64,000 nt of DNA from Candidatus Helarchaeota archaeon (GTDB taxonomy: Archaea > Asgardarchaeota > Lokiarchaeia > Helarchaeales > RDOG01). A program made the position numbers and the translations under genes. Positions 9,076 through 19,214 of the stretch are shown here, one piece after another (the first letter of the stretch is position 1; each line of letters opens with the position of its first letter). The stretch lies in contig JAHPZH010000004.1 in assembly GCA_019058315.1 (NCBI GenBank), positions 320,001 through 384,000 on the forward strand, given 5' to 3'. The notes below the pieces were generated by a model that did not search any database, had not been told where the DNA came from, and saw only the letters and a program-made list of their open reading frames with translations.

Positions 9076-10083
9076 TTGTACTCTTCTAAATTTAACGGAA
9101 TGACGAAAAAAGTGTTGCATAGTTTATTTATACTTAGAGAAAACGGCATTTGTGTATTTGAGAGGCACTGGATTGAGACGGACATCGACGCACATCTGTT
9201 CTCTGGCTTTATAACTGCCTTAAGCGCCTTTGCAGTCGAATCTATGGGTAAAACATTCCAATCGCTGAAATTGGTTAAAGAGCAGAGACTTGCAATTTTA
9301 AAACATCCCTATGCACCTATTATAGGTGTCATAATCGCGGATTACAGGGATAATGGGTATTTATTAAATAAAATTCTTGAGAAAATTTTGAATAAGTTTT
9401 ATCAGATCTTTCAAACTGAAATAAAAATTGAAGATGCCTCATTAATTGGCAAAACAAAAGAGAAATTCCCACAAGAAATTGATATCATACTAAAAGGAAA
9501 AACTGCAGAGCGGAGTTTTGTTTCATTATTTATTGGTTTCTTAGCTGGGAGTGGTCTTTCAGTAATAATAATTCTATTTATTTTAAGTTGGGGAATAAAT
9601 TTTGCCTATGGGGGTGGAATACAAAATTTATTTTTTGCTCCTATTTTTATTAATCTATTTGATGGTATGCAACCCTGGGAATTTCTAGACATTCAACAAA
9701 TTGCTGTTATCGCTATGGGACTCGTTTTTGTATTTTTCCTTCTTACATATTTCGGTCCTGGTTTATTAGGCGCTTATATTGCTGGCAATCGGAAATTAGG
9801 GGTAATTAATGGACTATTATCTGTCATAGGAGGATTATTAATTGCCCTAATTTTTCAAAATATACAATTATTTCTATATTCAATTAATATGCTACCTGTA
9901 TTTGTTGGATTTTCTCCATTAATAATAATATTAAATATATTAACAGGATATTTTGGAGGTCTATTAAGAGAAATATATAGGTTATATCCCTTACCTGGGA
10001 AAGATATATCAGAAAAAGTAATGAAACATGTAACAATCTTAGTTAAAAAAACCTTTCCATCGTTAGATAAATCTGAAGATTGA
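9076..10083 (+). CDS. Longin-domain membrane protein (N-terminal longin + 4-5 TM)
   Basis: LHSLFILRENGICVFERHW...LFSGFITALSAFAVE longin pattern; hydrophobic C-terminal half. Confidence 0.75.
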   Translation: MYSSKFNGMTKKVLHSLFILRENGICVFERHWIETDIDAHLFSGFITALSAFAVESMGKTFQSLKLVKEQRLAILKHPYAPIIGVIIADYRDNGYLLNKILEKILNKFYQIFQTEIKIEDASLIGKTKEKFPQEIDIILKGKTAERSFVSLFIGFLAGSGLSVIIILFILSWGINFAYGGGIQNLFFAPIFINLFDGMQPWEFLDIQQIAVIAMGLVFVFFLLTYFGPGLLGAYIAGNRKLGVINGLLSVIGGLLIALIFQNIQLFLYSINMLPVFVGFSPLIIILNILTGYFGGLLREIYRLYPLPGKDISEKVMKHVTILVKKTFPSLDKSED

Positions 10084-11391
10084 TCATTTTTTACTTATTT
10101 CTAAAATTTTTAACGCTTCTTTGAATGAAACTGTTTTTTGTTCTCCACTTTTCATATCACGAATACCAAATTTATTATCCTTAAGTTCTTTAGGAGCTAC
10201 AATAATTACAAATCGAAAATGTTGAGAGTCTGCATATTGTAGAGCTTTTTTTAAATTATTTCTAACTATCTCCAATTCTATACATTTTCCATTTTCCCGA
10301 AATTGGTTTGATATTTCTATGGCTTTTAGCAACATCTCATCGTTAAAAGGAACTATTAAAATTTTATCAGGACTTAGAACAATATTTGAAAATATTTTTA
10401 TTTGGTCCATTGCTAATAGAATCCTATCTATTCCTAAAGCACATCCTACGGCAGGAGTCGGATTTCCACCAAATATTTCAATTAAGCGGTCATATCTTCC
10501 TCCTCCACCTACTGCTATATCTAAATCGGGTATAAAAATCTCAAATATCATACCGGTATAATATTCAAGTCCCCTGGCGAATCCTAAATTTAGATCGATA
10601 TAATTAGATATATTATTAATTTCAGCAAATTTAATTAACTCTTTCAAGTTTTCTAAAGATTTCATTGATTCACTATAATTAGATAATAATTTTGATGCTT
10701 GCTTAATTATATTTGATAAATTCTTACCTTTTAATTCAAATAATTTTTCTAATATATTCGAACAATTTTTGGAAACTTTTAATTCTATTAATATATCAAA
10801 AACTTGTTCTATTTCTCCTTTATCTATCAATCCAAAGATTCTATCTTGCTGATTTTCTTCTATATTTTCTTGCTTTAAAATATTTCTTAATATGCCTACA
10901 TGTCCTATTTTTATTGAAAAATCTTTAAAATTCAAATTTTTCATTAAATTACAACAAATTGTAATGATTTCTACATCACTAACTACATTAGAAGAACCAA
11001 TAAATTCAAACCCAGCTTGAAAAAATTCTCTATATCTACCAAATTGCGGATTATCATAACGGTAACATTGTCCGATATATCCCAATTTTACAGGTTTGGG
11101 TTGTGCTTTCATAAAATTTGATATATATGTTCTTGCAATTGATGCCGTCATTTCTGGTCTTAGAGCTAAAGTCCTTTCTGCTTTATCTTTAAATACATAC
11201 ATAGTTTTTCTGATTTCTTCACCTGCTTTTTCGGCAATTAAATCGAAATCTTCAACTATTGGCATATTAATTTCTTGATAATTATAAACTTGGAATAAGT
11301 CTCGAACTTTTTGAATAATATAATGAAATTTTTTAAAATCTAGAGGTAAAAAATCACGCATTCCTTTTACAGTTTGAAATTTCTTTGGCAA
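10084..11391 (-). CDS. hisS: Histidyl-tRNA synthetase
   Basis: KGMRDFLP, LALRPEMTASIAR, YRYDNPQFGRYREFFQAGFE, RGLEYYTG, GGGRYD; probable TTG start at 11391 (MPKKFQ). Confidence 0.97.
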   Translation of the reverse strand: MPKKFQTVKGMRDFLPLDFKKFHYIIQKVRDLFQVYNYQEINMPIVEDFDLIAEKAGEEIRKTMYVFKDKAERTLALRPEMTASIARTYISNFMKAQPKPVKLGYIGQCYRYDNPQFGRYREFFQAGFEFIGSSNVVSDVEIITICCNLMKNLNFKDFSIKIGHVGILRNILKQENIEENQQDRIFGLIDKGEIEQVFDILIELKVSKNCSNILEKLFELKGKNLSNIIKQASKLLSNYSESMKSLENLKELIKFAEINNISNYIDLNLGFARGLEYYTGMIFEIFIPDLDIAVGGGGRYDRLIEIFGGNPTPAVGCALGIDRILLAMDQIKIFSNIVLSPDKILIVPFNDEMLLKAIEISNQFRENGKCIELEIVRNNLKKALQYADSQHFRFVIIVAPKELKDNKFGIRDMKSGEQKTVSFKEALKILEISKK

Positions 11392-11410
11392 TTCATCACA
11401 TCTTATAATA

Positions 11411-12016
11411 TTATAAATCGACAGCGTTACATTTATAATACGTAACTTCACCTTGACGATCTATAACTGCTAGTACAAGATTTTTACGGATACCTTTCGC
11501 AGCCTTTACTATTTTCTCAAGGTCTGTTAAATTTAATGATATTCCTTCTGTTATAATGGAAACTACAAATTTAGAAGGATTTACACCAATTTTTGCACCC
11601 CGTCCATAAATTCGATAAGTTGATGATTCTCCAAACCCTGGACGGACAATATATCCCCGACTTCTTAAATCTTTATAAACTAGATAATTCACCCAAAAAT
11701 CTGGATTAGATTCAAGAAATTTATTTATCATTTCCTCATATAGATATTCTTTTCCAGCCTTATTTAGAATTCTAATTCGATTTCTCTCAAGAAGTAATAG
11801 GGTTTCAACTTGATCAAGAGTTAAAGAACCATTTTCTTGCTTGGTTCCGTAATAACCATGCTCAATAAAAAATTCTGCGTTATTTGGGGGAATTTGTATT
11901 TGCCCACCTTCATAAAGCGCATCTACAGTTTCAAATTCCCTTTTTTTTTCTAAATCTTCTTCCTCTTCTTCATTAGAGTTGATTTTTTCGTTTGGTTCCA
12001 AAAATATTTTCTCCAT
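11411..12016 (-). CDS. endA: tRNA-intron (splicing) endonuclease subunit
   Basis: LDQVETLLLLE, YLVYKDLRSRGYIVRPG, AKGIRKNLVLAVID..GEVTYY; catalytic Tyr/His positions look degenerate, so possibly a structural subunit. Confidence 0.85.
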   Translation of the reverse strand: MEKIFLEPNEKINSNEEEEEDLEKKREFETVDALYEGGQIQIPPNNAEFFIEHGYYGTKQENGSLTLDQVETLLLLERNRIRILNKAGKEYLYEEMINKFLESNPDFWVNYLVYKDLRSRGYIVRPGFGESSTYRIYGRGAKIGVNPSKFVVSIITEGISLNLTDLEKIVKAAKGIRKNLVLAVIDRQGEVTYYKCNAVDL

Positions 12017-12344
12017 ATAAGAATATCAAAGATATGAAACTCATTTAAAATAAAATTTCAGTAATTTTCTCTTAAATTTATGGTTTTTTCAATATTAAAT
12101 GATAGTAAAATTACTATATTATCAGAATTTATTTTTCTACAAATATTTATGGGAAAAACAAAAATTCTAAATATTCACTAATAAATTTATTCAATTTTCT
12201 TCTATTAATTACGAAATTTTCAATTTTTATCATATTAATTCAAATTCTTCGCATATTTGCTATAATATAAACATAGACTAAGAGAAAACCTTAAAATTGT
12301 TTTAAAAAATTGTTAATGATAATAAAAAAAAGAGAGGATAAGCA

Positions 12345-13499
12345 TTGCACACCTATGCTGAAATTCCTGATACAATGCGAACAAAGGCATTTTTGCCCTT
12401 TAATCGTCATTTATGGAAAGTTTACCAAGAATTAGGGTTAGAATATTATGAAAATACTCTTGATAGAATATCAGATGTGTTGATGTTCGACGTGATCTCA
12501 AGTCGTCTAGATGTGACAATTAAGACTGCTGGAGCTGTATTTAATGGTGAAATTGAACAGCCCGATAAGGTTCTATCTTATCTTCTATTTCCACCAGTTT
12601 TACCCATAAGAGGCGATTTAAGTCAAGGAGGTTTAAAGCTTGTTTATGGTGATTCGTGCGATATAACCTTTGTTATATGTGATGATATAAACCAAGAGGT
12701 TCTTCTTCTCCTTAATGGACATTGTGAAGATGGTATTCCCGTCGATTGGTGGCTTATTGGTCAAGATGATGAAACGATGGAACGGAGACATCAGAAGTAT
12801 GGGTATAAACTTAAAGAAATGCCGGGTCGATTTAAAAAGTTTTTTGATACGGGAGAAAAGTTAACAGACATATTAAAAGATATTCGCAACGAACGAACTC
12901 CACAATGGGCAAAATCTTCATATATTGTTTGTATGGTTTGGGGTAGTGCTCTTCTTAACTTACTTGAAGAATGTTCTAATTTCGAGCAATTTGGAACAAT
13001 TTGGGATGCCGCAAATCCAAAGAAATATGGTTTACCAGATAAATATTTTGGCTACATACCTTGGACTGCCACACTCAATATGCTTATGGTAGGTGGTAGG
13101 AATAAATGGACTATGGGATTGACCGGTATTACCACTGGACATCATGCATACTTTATGCCTTTAGAGGAAGCTGGTAGAGATTGGATCAAGGAAAATATAC
13201 CAGAATTCTGGGAAAAAGGCTTCCTCGATGCAAGAGCGGAAGGTATGCCATATCCATGGCAAAGTCTAGGAGTTACAATACCTAACTTTAAAAAGAAATC
13301 AACATATGAAAATGAAGCATTCGATTATAAATATCCATCTGGTGATTGGATTACTCCCGAAGCTTTGGGTTTAACTCCCGAAGAAACTTGTCAAGGAGTT
13401 TATCTAGATGTTAAACCTCAAACACCTAAAAATGAAAAAGTAAACAAATCGCACATTTTATCTATGGGAATTGGAATAGATACTGAATTTATGAGTTAA
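12345..13499 (+). CDS. Conserved hypothetical soluble protein (paralogue A)
   Basis: 384 aa; full-length similarity to 19215..20372 (EIEQPDKVLSY, NGHCEDGIPVDWW, RNERTPQWA). Confidence 0.85.
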   Translation: MHTYAEIPDTMRTKAFLPFNRHLWKVYQELGLEYYENTLDRISDVLMFDVISSRLDVTIKTAGAVFNGEIEQPDKVLSYLLFPPVLPIRGDLSQGGLKLVYGDSCDITFVICDDINQEVLLLLNGHCEDGIPVDWWLIGQDDETMERRHQKYGYKLKEMPGRFKKFFDTGEKLTDILKDIRNERTPQWAKSSYIVCMVWGSALLNLLEECSNFEQFGTIWDAANPKKYGLPDKYFGYIPWTATLNMLMVGGRNKWTMGLTGITTGHHAYFMPLEEAGRDWIKENIPEFWEKGFLDARAEGMPYPWQSLGVTIPNFKKKSTYENEAFDYKYPSGDWITPEALGLTPEETCQGVYLDVKPQTPKNEKVNKSHILSMGIGIDTEFMS

Positions 13500-13563
13500 C
13501 AGAATCTTTATTTAGATATTTTTACTAACTGTAAAAGAACCCGAAAAAAATGGAGATAAAACT

Positions 13564-14337
13564 ATGACAGTTTCTTTAGAATATTATCTTTATTTTATAT
13601 CGAGTAAAATAGCTGGAACTACTTTTTTCAACCAGCCATTCGAAATTCTTATGCTTGTTATACTTCTTATAGCTGCAGCTTTTTTAGTTGGGATAATTTA
13701 TGAATTATATAAGAATTATAAAAGGACTGAATCAACTGAGACCTTATTATTTTTGATAGGAATGATCTCATTGATACCCGCTAATGTTCTGCTTGTACTT
13801 ATGGGTTTATGCTATTCAGTATATGGATTATTTGAACTCGGAAAACTTATAATAATTCTTACACAAATTCCTGCTCAATTCACGTATTTATGTGTGAATT
13901 TATTTGCAATTCGGATGACTTTTCCAAAAAAATATAAAATAGTTTTAATTATTTTAGTAAGTCTATCAGTTTTATTAATAGGAACTGTAACTTGGGCAAC
14001 TCTTCAAGGAACTCCATATTTTCATTATAATTTTGGGGTAGTTTATTCTACTGAGATTCAAATTATTAGATTTATTTGTCTTATACCTATTGCAGTAATT
14101 CCAATCTCAGTTTTCTATTATTATGCTGTAAAAATTAGAGAAGAAAATAGAGCTAGAAGCAACCGTTCCTTATGGTTAGGGACAGGAATTTTATTTTTTT
14201 GTGTTATAATTATTTTAACATCAGTTGCAACTATATTTAGATTATCTCAGATATTATATGTTCCCTCTGCAATTATTTTGTATGTTTGTTTTTCAATGCC
14301 AGAATGGTTTAAAACTAGAATTGGTTGGACTGATTAA
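13564..14337 (+). CDS. Stand-alone 7-TM receptor-like protein 1
   Basis: Seven hydrophobic helices; C-terminal YVCFSMPEWFKxRIGW shared with four paralogues. Confidence 0.85.
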   Translation: MTVSLEYYLYFISSKIAGTTFFNQPFEILMLVILLIAAAFLVGIIYELYKNYKRTESTETLLFLIGMISLIPANVLLVLMGLCYSVYGLFELGKLIIILTQIPAQFTYLCVNLFAIRMTFPKKYKIVLIILVSLSVLLIGTVTWATLQGTPYFHYNFGVVYSTEIQIIRFICLIPIAVIPISVFYYYAVKIREENRARSNRSLWLGTGILFFCVIIILTSVATIFRLSQILYVPSAIILYVCFSMPEWFKTRIGWTD

Positions 14338-14464
14338 AAGTCATACAAAATTTTCATATTATAAAAATTTTTAAATAAAGTCACAAAAAATTCACATATT
14401 ATTATTAATTTATTTAGATTCTTATTCAAAATAAAGTTTAAATAAAATATAATGAGGAAAGAAT

Positions 14465-15241
14465 ATGGCAGTATCATGGATTTATTATATTGAATATATT
14501 TCAACTACCTTATTTGGAGTTGATATATATAGACAACCAATGCAGGTCTTTTTGCTCTTGATTCTTCTTATAGCTGGCTGTTTTTTAATTGGTATAATAT
14601 ATGAACTAAATAAAGATTATAAAAAAAGGCAATCTACTGAGACCTTATTGTTTTTAATAGGGCTTATATTTTTAATTCCTGTCATTATTCTTGGCATTAT
14701 ATCAGGTTTGTGTTATTCAGTTCTTGGTTTACCTGATCTCGGAATACTTTTAACAATAATTGGAATGTTTCCAGTTCAAATTACGTATTTATGTGTTAAT
14801 TTATTCGCAATTCGGATGACATTTCCCAAGCGTTATAAAGTAATATTAGTTATTTTGGTATTATTATCTGTTATTACAGTAGGATCTCAATTATGGGCAA
14901 TAGATCAAGGTCCCCCTCACTTTGATATTATCAATTTTGGAATAATTTATTCTTTAGAAGTTCAAATAGTGAGATTCACCGCTCTTATTCTTGCAGCAGT
15001 ATTTCCAATTTCGGTTTTTTATTATTATGCTGCTAAAATTCGAGAGGAAAATAAACCTAGAAGTAATCTCTCATTATGGTTAGGAACCGGAATATTATGT
15101 TTCGTTTTAGCCTTTCAAATTCCTACAATTGCACCCATTTTTAGAATTATTCAAGCCTTTTATCTCCCAGCAGCCATTATTTTTTATGTTTGTTTTTCAA
15201 TGCCAGAATGGTTTAAGAAAAGAATTGGATGGGTCGACTAA
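14465..15241 (+). CDS. Stand-alone 7-TM receptor-like protein 2
   Basis: Tandem paralogue with the same motifs. Confidence 0.85.
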   Translation: MAVSWIYYIEYISTTLFGVDIYRQPMQVFLLLILLIAGCFLIGIIYELNKDYKKRQSTETLLFLIGLIFLIPVIILGIISGLCYSVLGLPDLGILLTIIGMFPVQITYLCVNLFAIRMTFPKRYKVILVILVLLSVITVGSQLWAIDQGPPHFDIINFGIIYSLEVQIVRFTALILAAVFPISVFYYYAAKIREENKPRSNLSLWLGTGILCFVLAFQIPTIAPIFRIIQAFYLPAAIIFYVCFSMPEWFKKRIGWVD

Positions 15242-15325
15242 TCTCGTTCAATTCTTTACATTAGATTTATAAATAATATCATATGCAAATATAAAATAAA
15301 TAATGTAAAACAAAGAGGTAACACT

Positions 15326-16102
15326 ATGCCAGTTACATGGGAATATTATTTTCAATTTGTATCAAATAAGTTGTTTGGGCTTTCAATTTTTGAACAACCA
15401 TTTGAACTTATTCTACTCGGCGCACTTCTTATAGCTTTGGTTTTTTTACTTGGTATAATTTATGAATTGTATAAAGATTATAAAAAAACAAAGACCATTG
15501 AGACTTTACTATTCCTATTGGGCATGATAACTTTAATTCCTGCGAATATTTTTGGTATCGTTTATAGTCTATGTTATTCGACTTTCGGGTTGCCTGAATT
15601 AGCAGAATTTTTAATAATTTTCAATTTATTTCCAATGCAATTTACTTATTTGTGTGTTAATTTATTTGCAATTCGGATGACTTTTCCAAAACGATACAAA
15701 ATAATTTTAGTGATTTTATTAATCTTATCAGTTATTCTGATAGGAACTATGACTTGGGCGATTTTAAATGGTTCGCCATATTTTAGTATTGTTAATTTTG
15801 CACCAGTCTATTCTCTTGATATTCAAATAATACGATTTATCTGTTTAATCCCTGTAGCAGTAATCCCTATTTCAGTTTTTTATTATTATGCTACAAAAGT
15901 TCGTGAAGAAAATAGAGCCACCAGTAATCGCTCCATATGGTTAGGGACGGGAATTTTATGCTTTGCATTAGCAGTAATTGTTACTTCAGTAGCAACTGAA
16001 TTTAGAATGTTTCAGATGTTATATGTTCCTGCGGCAATTATTTTTTACGTTTGTTTTTCAATGCCAGAGTGGTTTAAAAGAAGAATTGGTTGGACTGAAT
16101 AA
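15326..16102 (+). CDS. Stand-alone 7-TM receptor-like protein 3
   Basis: Tandem paralogue with the same motifs. Confidence 0.85.
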   Translation: MPVTWEYYFQFVSNKLFGLSIFEQPFELILLGALLIALVFLLGIIYELYKDYKKTKTIETLLFLLGMITLIPANIFGIVYSLCYSTFGLPELAEFLIIFNLFPMQFTYLCVNLFAIRMTFPKRYKIILVILLILSVILIGTMTWAILNGSPYFSIVNFAPVYSLDIQIIRFICLIPVAVIPISVFYYYATKVREENRATSNRSIWLGTGILCFALAVIVTSVATEFRMFQMLYVPAAIIFYVCFSMPEWFKRRIGWTE

Positions 16103-16218
16103 AAATCTCCATACTTTTTTTTTTACAACTATAAAAAAGATTAAATTTTTAAATATTAATTTATAAGATTTGAATATTCAATTCATAAAATCTAATAATA
16201 AATTTAAAGTGGTAAAAA

Positions 16219-16995
16219 ATGGCTGTATCTTGGGAATATTATGTTCAAATTGCATTGAATTCAATATTCGGACCTTCTCCTTCTTTTCAACTTTTAAGTT
16301 TAATTTCGTTGATAATATTTATTATAGCTGGAGCTTTCTCAATTGGTATAATTAATGAATTATATAAAAATTATAAACAAAGGGCAACAGTTGAAACATT
16401 ATTATTTTTGATAGGAATAATTACACTTATACCAAGTAATATTTTTTTGGTTCTTGTAAATTTATTTTATTGGATTCTTGTTTTACCTGAAATCGCAGAA
16501 ATTTGTATTTTAATTACACTACTTCTTACTCAAGTCACAGTTTTATGTATAGATTTATTCGCAATTCGAATGACCTTCCCAAAGAGATATAAAATAGTTT
16601 TGTTTGTTCTATTATTACTTGCCGTTATTAATATAACCACTCAATATTGGGCAACGCTTCAAGGACCCCCATATCTCATTTTCTATGAATATACTACAAT
16701 ATATTCTATAGATATCCAAATAATACGTTTCATTACTCTTGTGCCAGTAATGGTTATCCCTATTTCTGTTTTTTATTATTATGCTGTAAAAATTCGAGAA
16801 GAAAACCGAGCTCAAAGTAATCGCTCTTTATGGCTTGGAACAGGAATTTTATTTTTCGCTTTTGCCCTTCTTATGCTCTCGATTGCATCTGTGACTAGAA
16901 TATTCGTAATTTTATTTATTCCTTCTGCAATTATTTTTTATGTCTGTTTTTCTATGCCAGAGTGGTTTAAAAGAAGAATTGGTTGGACTGAATAA
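16219..16995 (+). CDS. Stand-alone 7-TM receptor-like protein 4
   Basis: Tandem paralogue with the same motifs. Confidence 0.85.
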   Translation: MAVSWEYYVQIALNSIFGPSPSFQLLSLISLIIFIIAGAFSIGIINELYKNYKQRATVETLLFLIGIITLIPSNIFLVLVNLFYWILVLPEIAEICILITLLLTQVTVLCIDLFAIRMTFPKRYKIVLFVLLLLAVINITTQYWATLQGPPYLIFYEYTTIYSIDIQIIRFITLVPVMVIPISVFYYYAVKIREENRAQSNRSLWLGTGILFFAFALLMLSIASVTRIFVILFIPSAIIFYVCFSMPEWFKRRIGWTE

Positions 16996-17050
16996 AAATA
17001 CGTATTTTTTAGAAGTAAATCAGAAATAATTAAATATTTTTTAAGTAAAA

Positions 17051-17314
17051 TTATTTTTCATCCTTTGAGAGGTCGCCTTTTAAATTTTTGGCATAAAAAT
17101 TTGCTAGATTACAAGTTCTTATAACTATTTCGGTTAATTTTTTACTACTAAATAATATTTCTTCATTTTCCCCATCAAAATATAATTTAAAACACTCATA
17201 AACTTTATTTTTTTCATTCCATCTTATAGTTAGTCTAAATTCTTTCTGATTATCCCCCCAAACTCCATAATCTTTTTCTTTTCCCTCCTGAATTTCTAAT
17301 GAATCTAATTTCAA
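17051..17314 (-). CDS. Small hypothetical protein
   Basis: 87-aa ORF with plausible composition. Confidence 0.5.
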   Translation of the reverse strand: MKLDSLEIQEGKEKDYGVWGDNQKEFRLTIRWNEKNKVYECFKLYFDGENEEILFSSKKLTEIVIRTCNLANFYAKNLKGDLSKDEK

Positions 17315-17656
17315 CTTTTTATTCGCTTCAATTTATTATTTATAATAATTTTGTCGGTATAAATCAAATTATAACGTTATAATTTAATTATCCTTCCTCA
17401 TATATTACTTAATTGCTAAAAAAATTGAACAAGATAAACAAATATCACTTAATATATGAACATATTATTATAAAAAAAGATTATGTTTCAAATTTAATAT
17501 TGCAAATTTGCTATTTTTTTTAAAAATGAGTGATTTTACCAAATATTCTTGAATTTTTAAATGATCTTTATATTTCTATACCAAATTATTTATAAGGTCG
17601 TTGACCACTTTTTAGTCTAGTAAAGACCAATTTTCTACCTAAGAAAATTGTAGGAG

Positions 17657-19183
17657 ATGGATTTTATTTCAATAGTTCTAACTGCAGATCGTTCTCTTAT
17701 GAGTAATTATTCAAATAATATATATATTGGGTTTTTATCTTGTATTCCACACAATATTTGCCCCGATATACTTTATAATCGTTTTTGCCCTCCCGTTCCA
17801 GTTAATTCTGATGGAACTACATCTTATCCTATATTAGCACTTCGTACAGTTGAGTCTATTTGTAATCATGCAGGATTTAAAGATGTAAAAATAGCTCATC
17901 CTGATTGTCTTAATAAAGTAATTAACTTTAAAACAAAGATAGTGGGAGTTTCATGTGAAGATCCTTTAGGTATAGGACCTGCAACTACTTCATGGAGTTC
18001 CATTTTTCACGGGATTCCTCATAATCGAATAAAGTTTCTTCAGTTAATGAAAAATATTAGGCAATTAAAAGAAATATTCGATTTTAAAGTAGTGCTAGGG
18101 GGTCCTGGCTGTTGGCAATTTAATGAAGATAAGATGAAAATTTTAGGAATTGATTATCTTCTACCAGGTGAGGGGGAAAGATCGATACCACCTTTTTTTC
18201 AGTCCTTATTTGAGAGAGACTTTCCTTCCCAACTAATTCAGCCAGATTCCCCAACCCCAAATGCGGAAGAAATATTACCAATTCTTGGACCAACTAATTC
18301 AAACTTTATTGAAATTAGCCGTGGTTGTGGTAGGGGCTGCAAATTCTGCGCTCCTACAACCAGCGGACAAATGCGTAATTTTCCTATTGATAAAATAGTC
18401 ACAGATGCGAAAATGTATCTTAAATATGGAATTAAAAATATTGTCTTACAATCCGAAGATTCGCTACGATATGGTTCACTAAATAAAGATTTTTCAATTG
18501 ATATTGATATAATTTTAAATCTTTTTAGCACATTATTCTCTTTGGGTATGAAATCAATTGCAATTACACATGCATCTCTTATAAACTTTGCAGAACAACC
18601 CGAAGATATTATAAAATTCACTCGATTTCTTCGTAAAAATGGTATGCGTTATTATGGTTGTCAACCAGGAATAGAAACTGGTAGTCCTCGACTAATGAAA
18701 AAATATATGAAGGGTAAATGTTATCCGCATTCTCCTGAAGAGTGGCATGAAATTGTGATTGATGCACTTAAATTGATGAAAGAAAATCATTGGTATCCTG
18801 CATGTACTCTTATTATGGGTCTGCCGGACGAAGAAAATTATGATACTCAGTTAACACTTGAATTAATTCAAAAAATTGATGACTTTCCTGCTCTTTATAT
18901 TCCTCTATTTTTCGTCCCGATGAGTATGACAAGTTTAAGAGAGAGGGAGAAATTTATATCAGAAAAAATGACCGCTCTTCAATGGAAACTTTTACTTTCA
19001 TGTTGGAAACATAATCTAAAATATATCCTTAAATTGTATAACTTAGAAACAGCACCTAAAAAATCAATTCAAATATTAGTAAAGATATTAACTAGTGCTT
19101 TGAATTTTATAATACGTCATAAAGGTCCTAAAATGATTAATAGGAAGTTTTACGAAAATAAAAGGGCAATTATTGTAAAATAA
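17657..19183 (+). CDS. Radical SAM enzyme with B12-binding-like N-terminal domain, GDGT ring synthase (Grs/Gms)-like
   Basis: IVLTADRSLMS, GGPGCWQ, EISRGCGRGCKFC (CxxxCxxC), GIETGSPRL, LIMGLPDE, PLFFVPM. Confidence 0.8.
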   Translation: MDFISIVLTADRSLMSNYSNNIYIGFLSCIPHNICPDILYNRFCPPVPVNSDGTTSYPILALRTVESICNHAGFKDVKIAHPDCLNKVINFKTKIVGVSCEDPLGIGPATTSWSSIFHGIPHNRIKFLQLMKNIRQLKEIFDFKVVLGGPGCWQFNEDKMKILGIDYLLPGEGERSIPPFFQSLFERDFPSQLIQPDSPTPNAEEILPILGPTNSNFIEISRGCGRGCKFCAPTTSGQMRNFPIDKIVTDAKMYLKYGIKNIVLQSEDSLRYGSLNKDFSIDIDIILNLFSTLFSLGMKSIAITHASLINFAEQPEDIIKFTRFLRKNGMRYYGCQPGIETGSPRLMKKYMKGKCYPHSPEEWHEIVIDALKLMKENHWYPACTLIMGLPDEENYDTQLTLELIQKIDDFPALYIPLFFVPMSMTSLREREKFISEKMTALQWKLLLSCWKHNLKYILKLYNLETAPKKSIQILVKILTSALNFIIRHKGPKMINRKFYENKRAIIVK

Positions 19184-19214
19184 TTCGATGAAAAAAAGAA
19201 TAAATAATATTTAG

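Noticed and set aside
11392-11451. 41-bp overlap of hisS with endA
   Set aside because: Artefact of the longest-ORF start; HisRS homology begins at the TTG at 11391
14337-14405. Imperfect direct repeat (aaagtca.a.aaaatt..catattat) between 7-TM genes 1 and 2
   Set aside because: Short, AT-rich and not found in the other spacers of the array; a role cannot be supported
13564-16995. 7-TM proteins as microbial rhodopsins/schizorhodopsins
   Set aside because: No Lys in TM7 (no DxxxK-type motif) and no RYxDW-like TM3 motif
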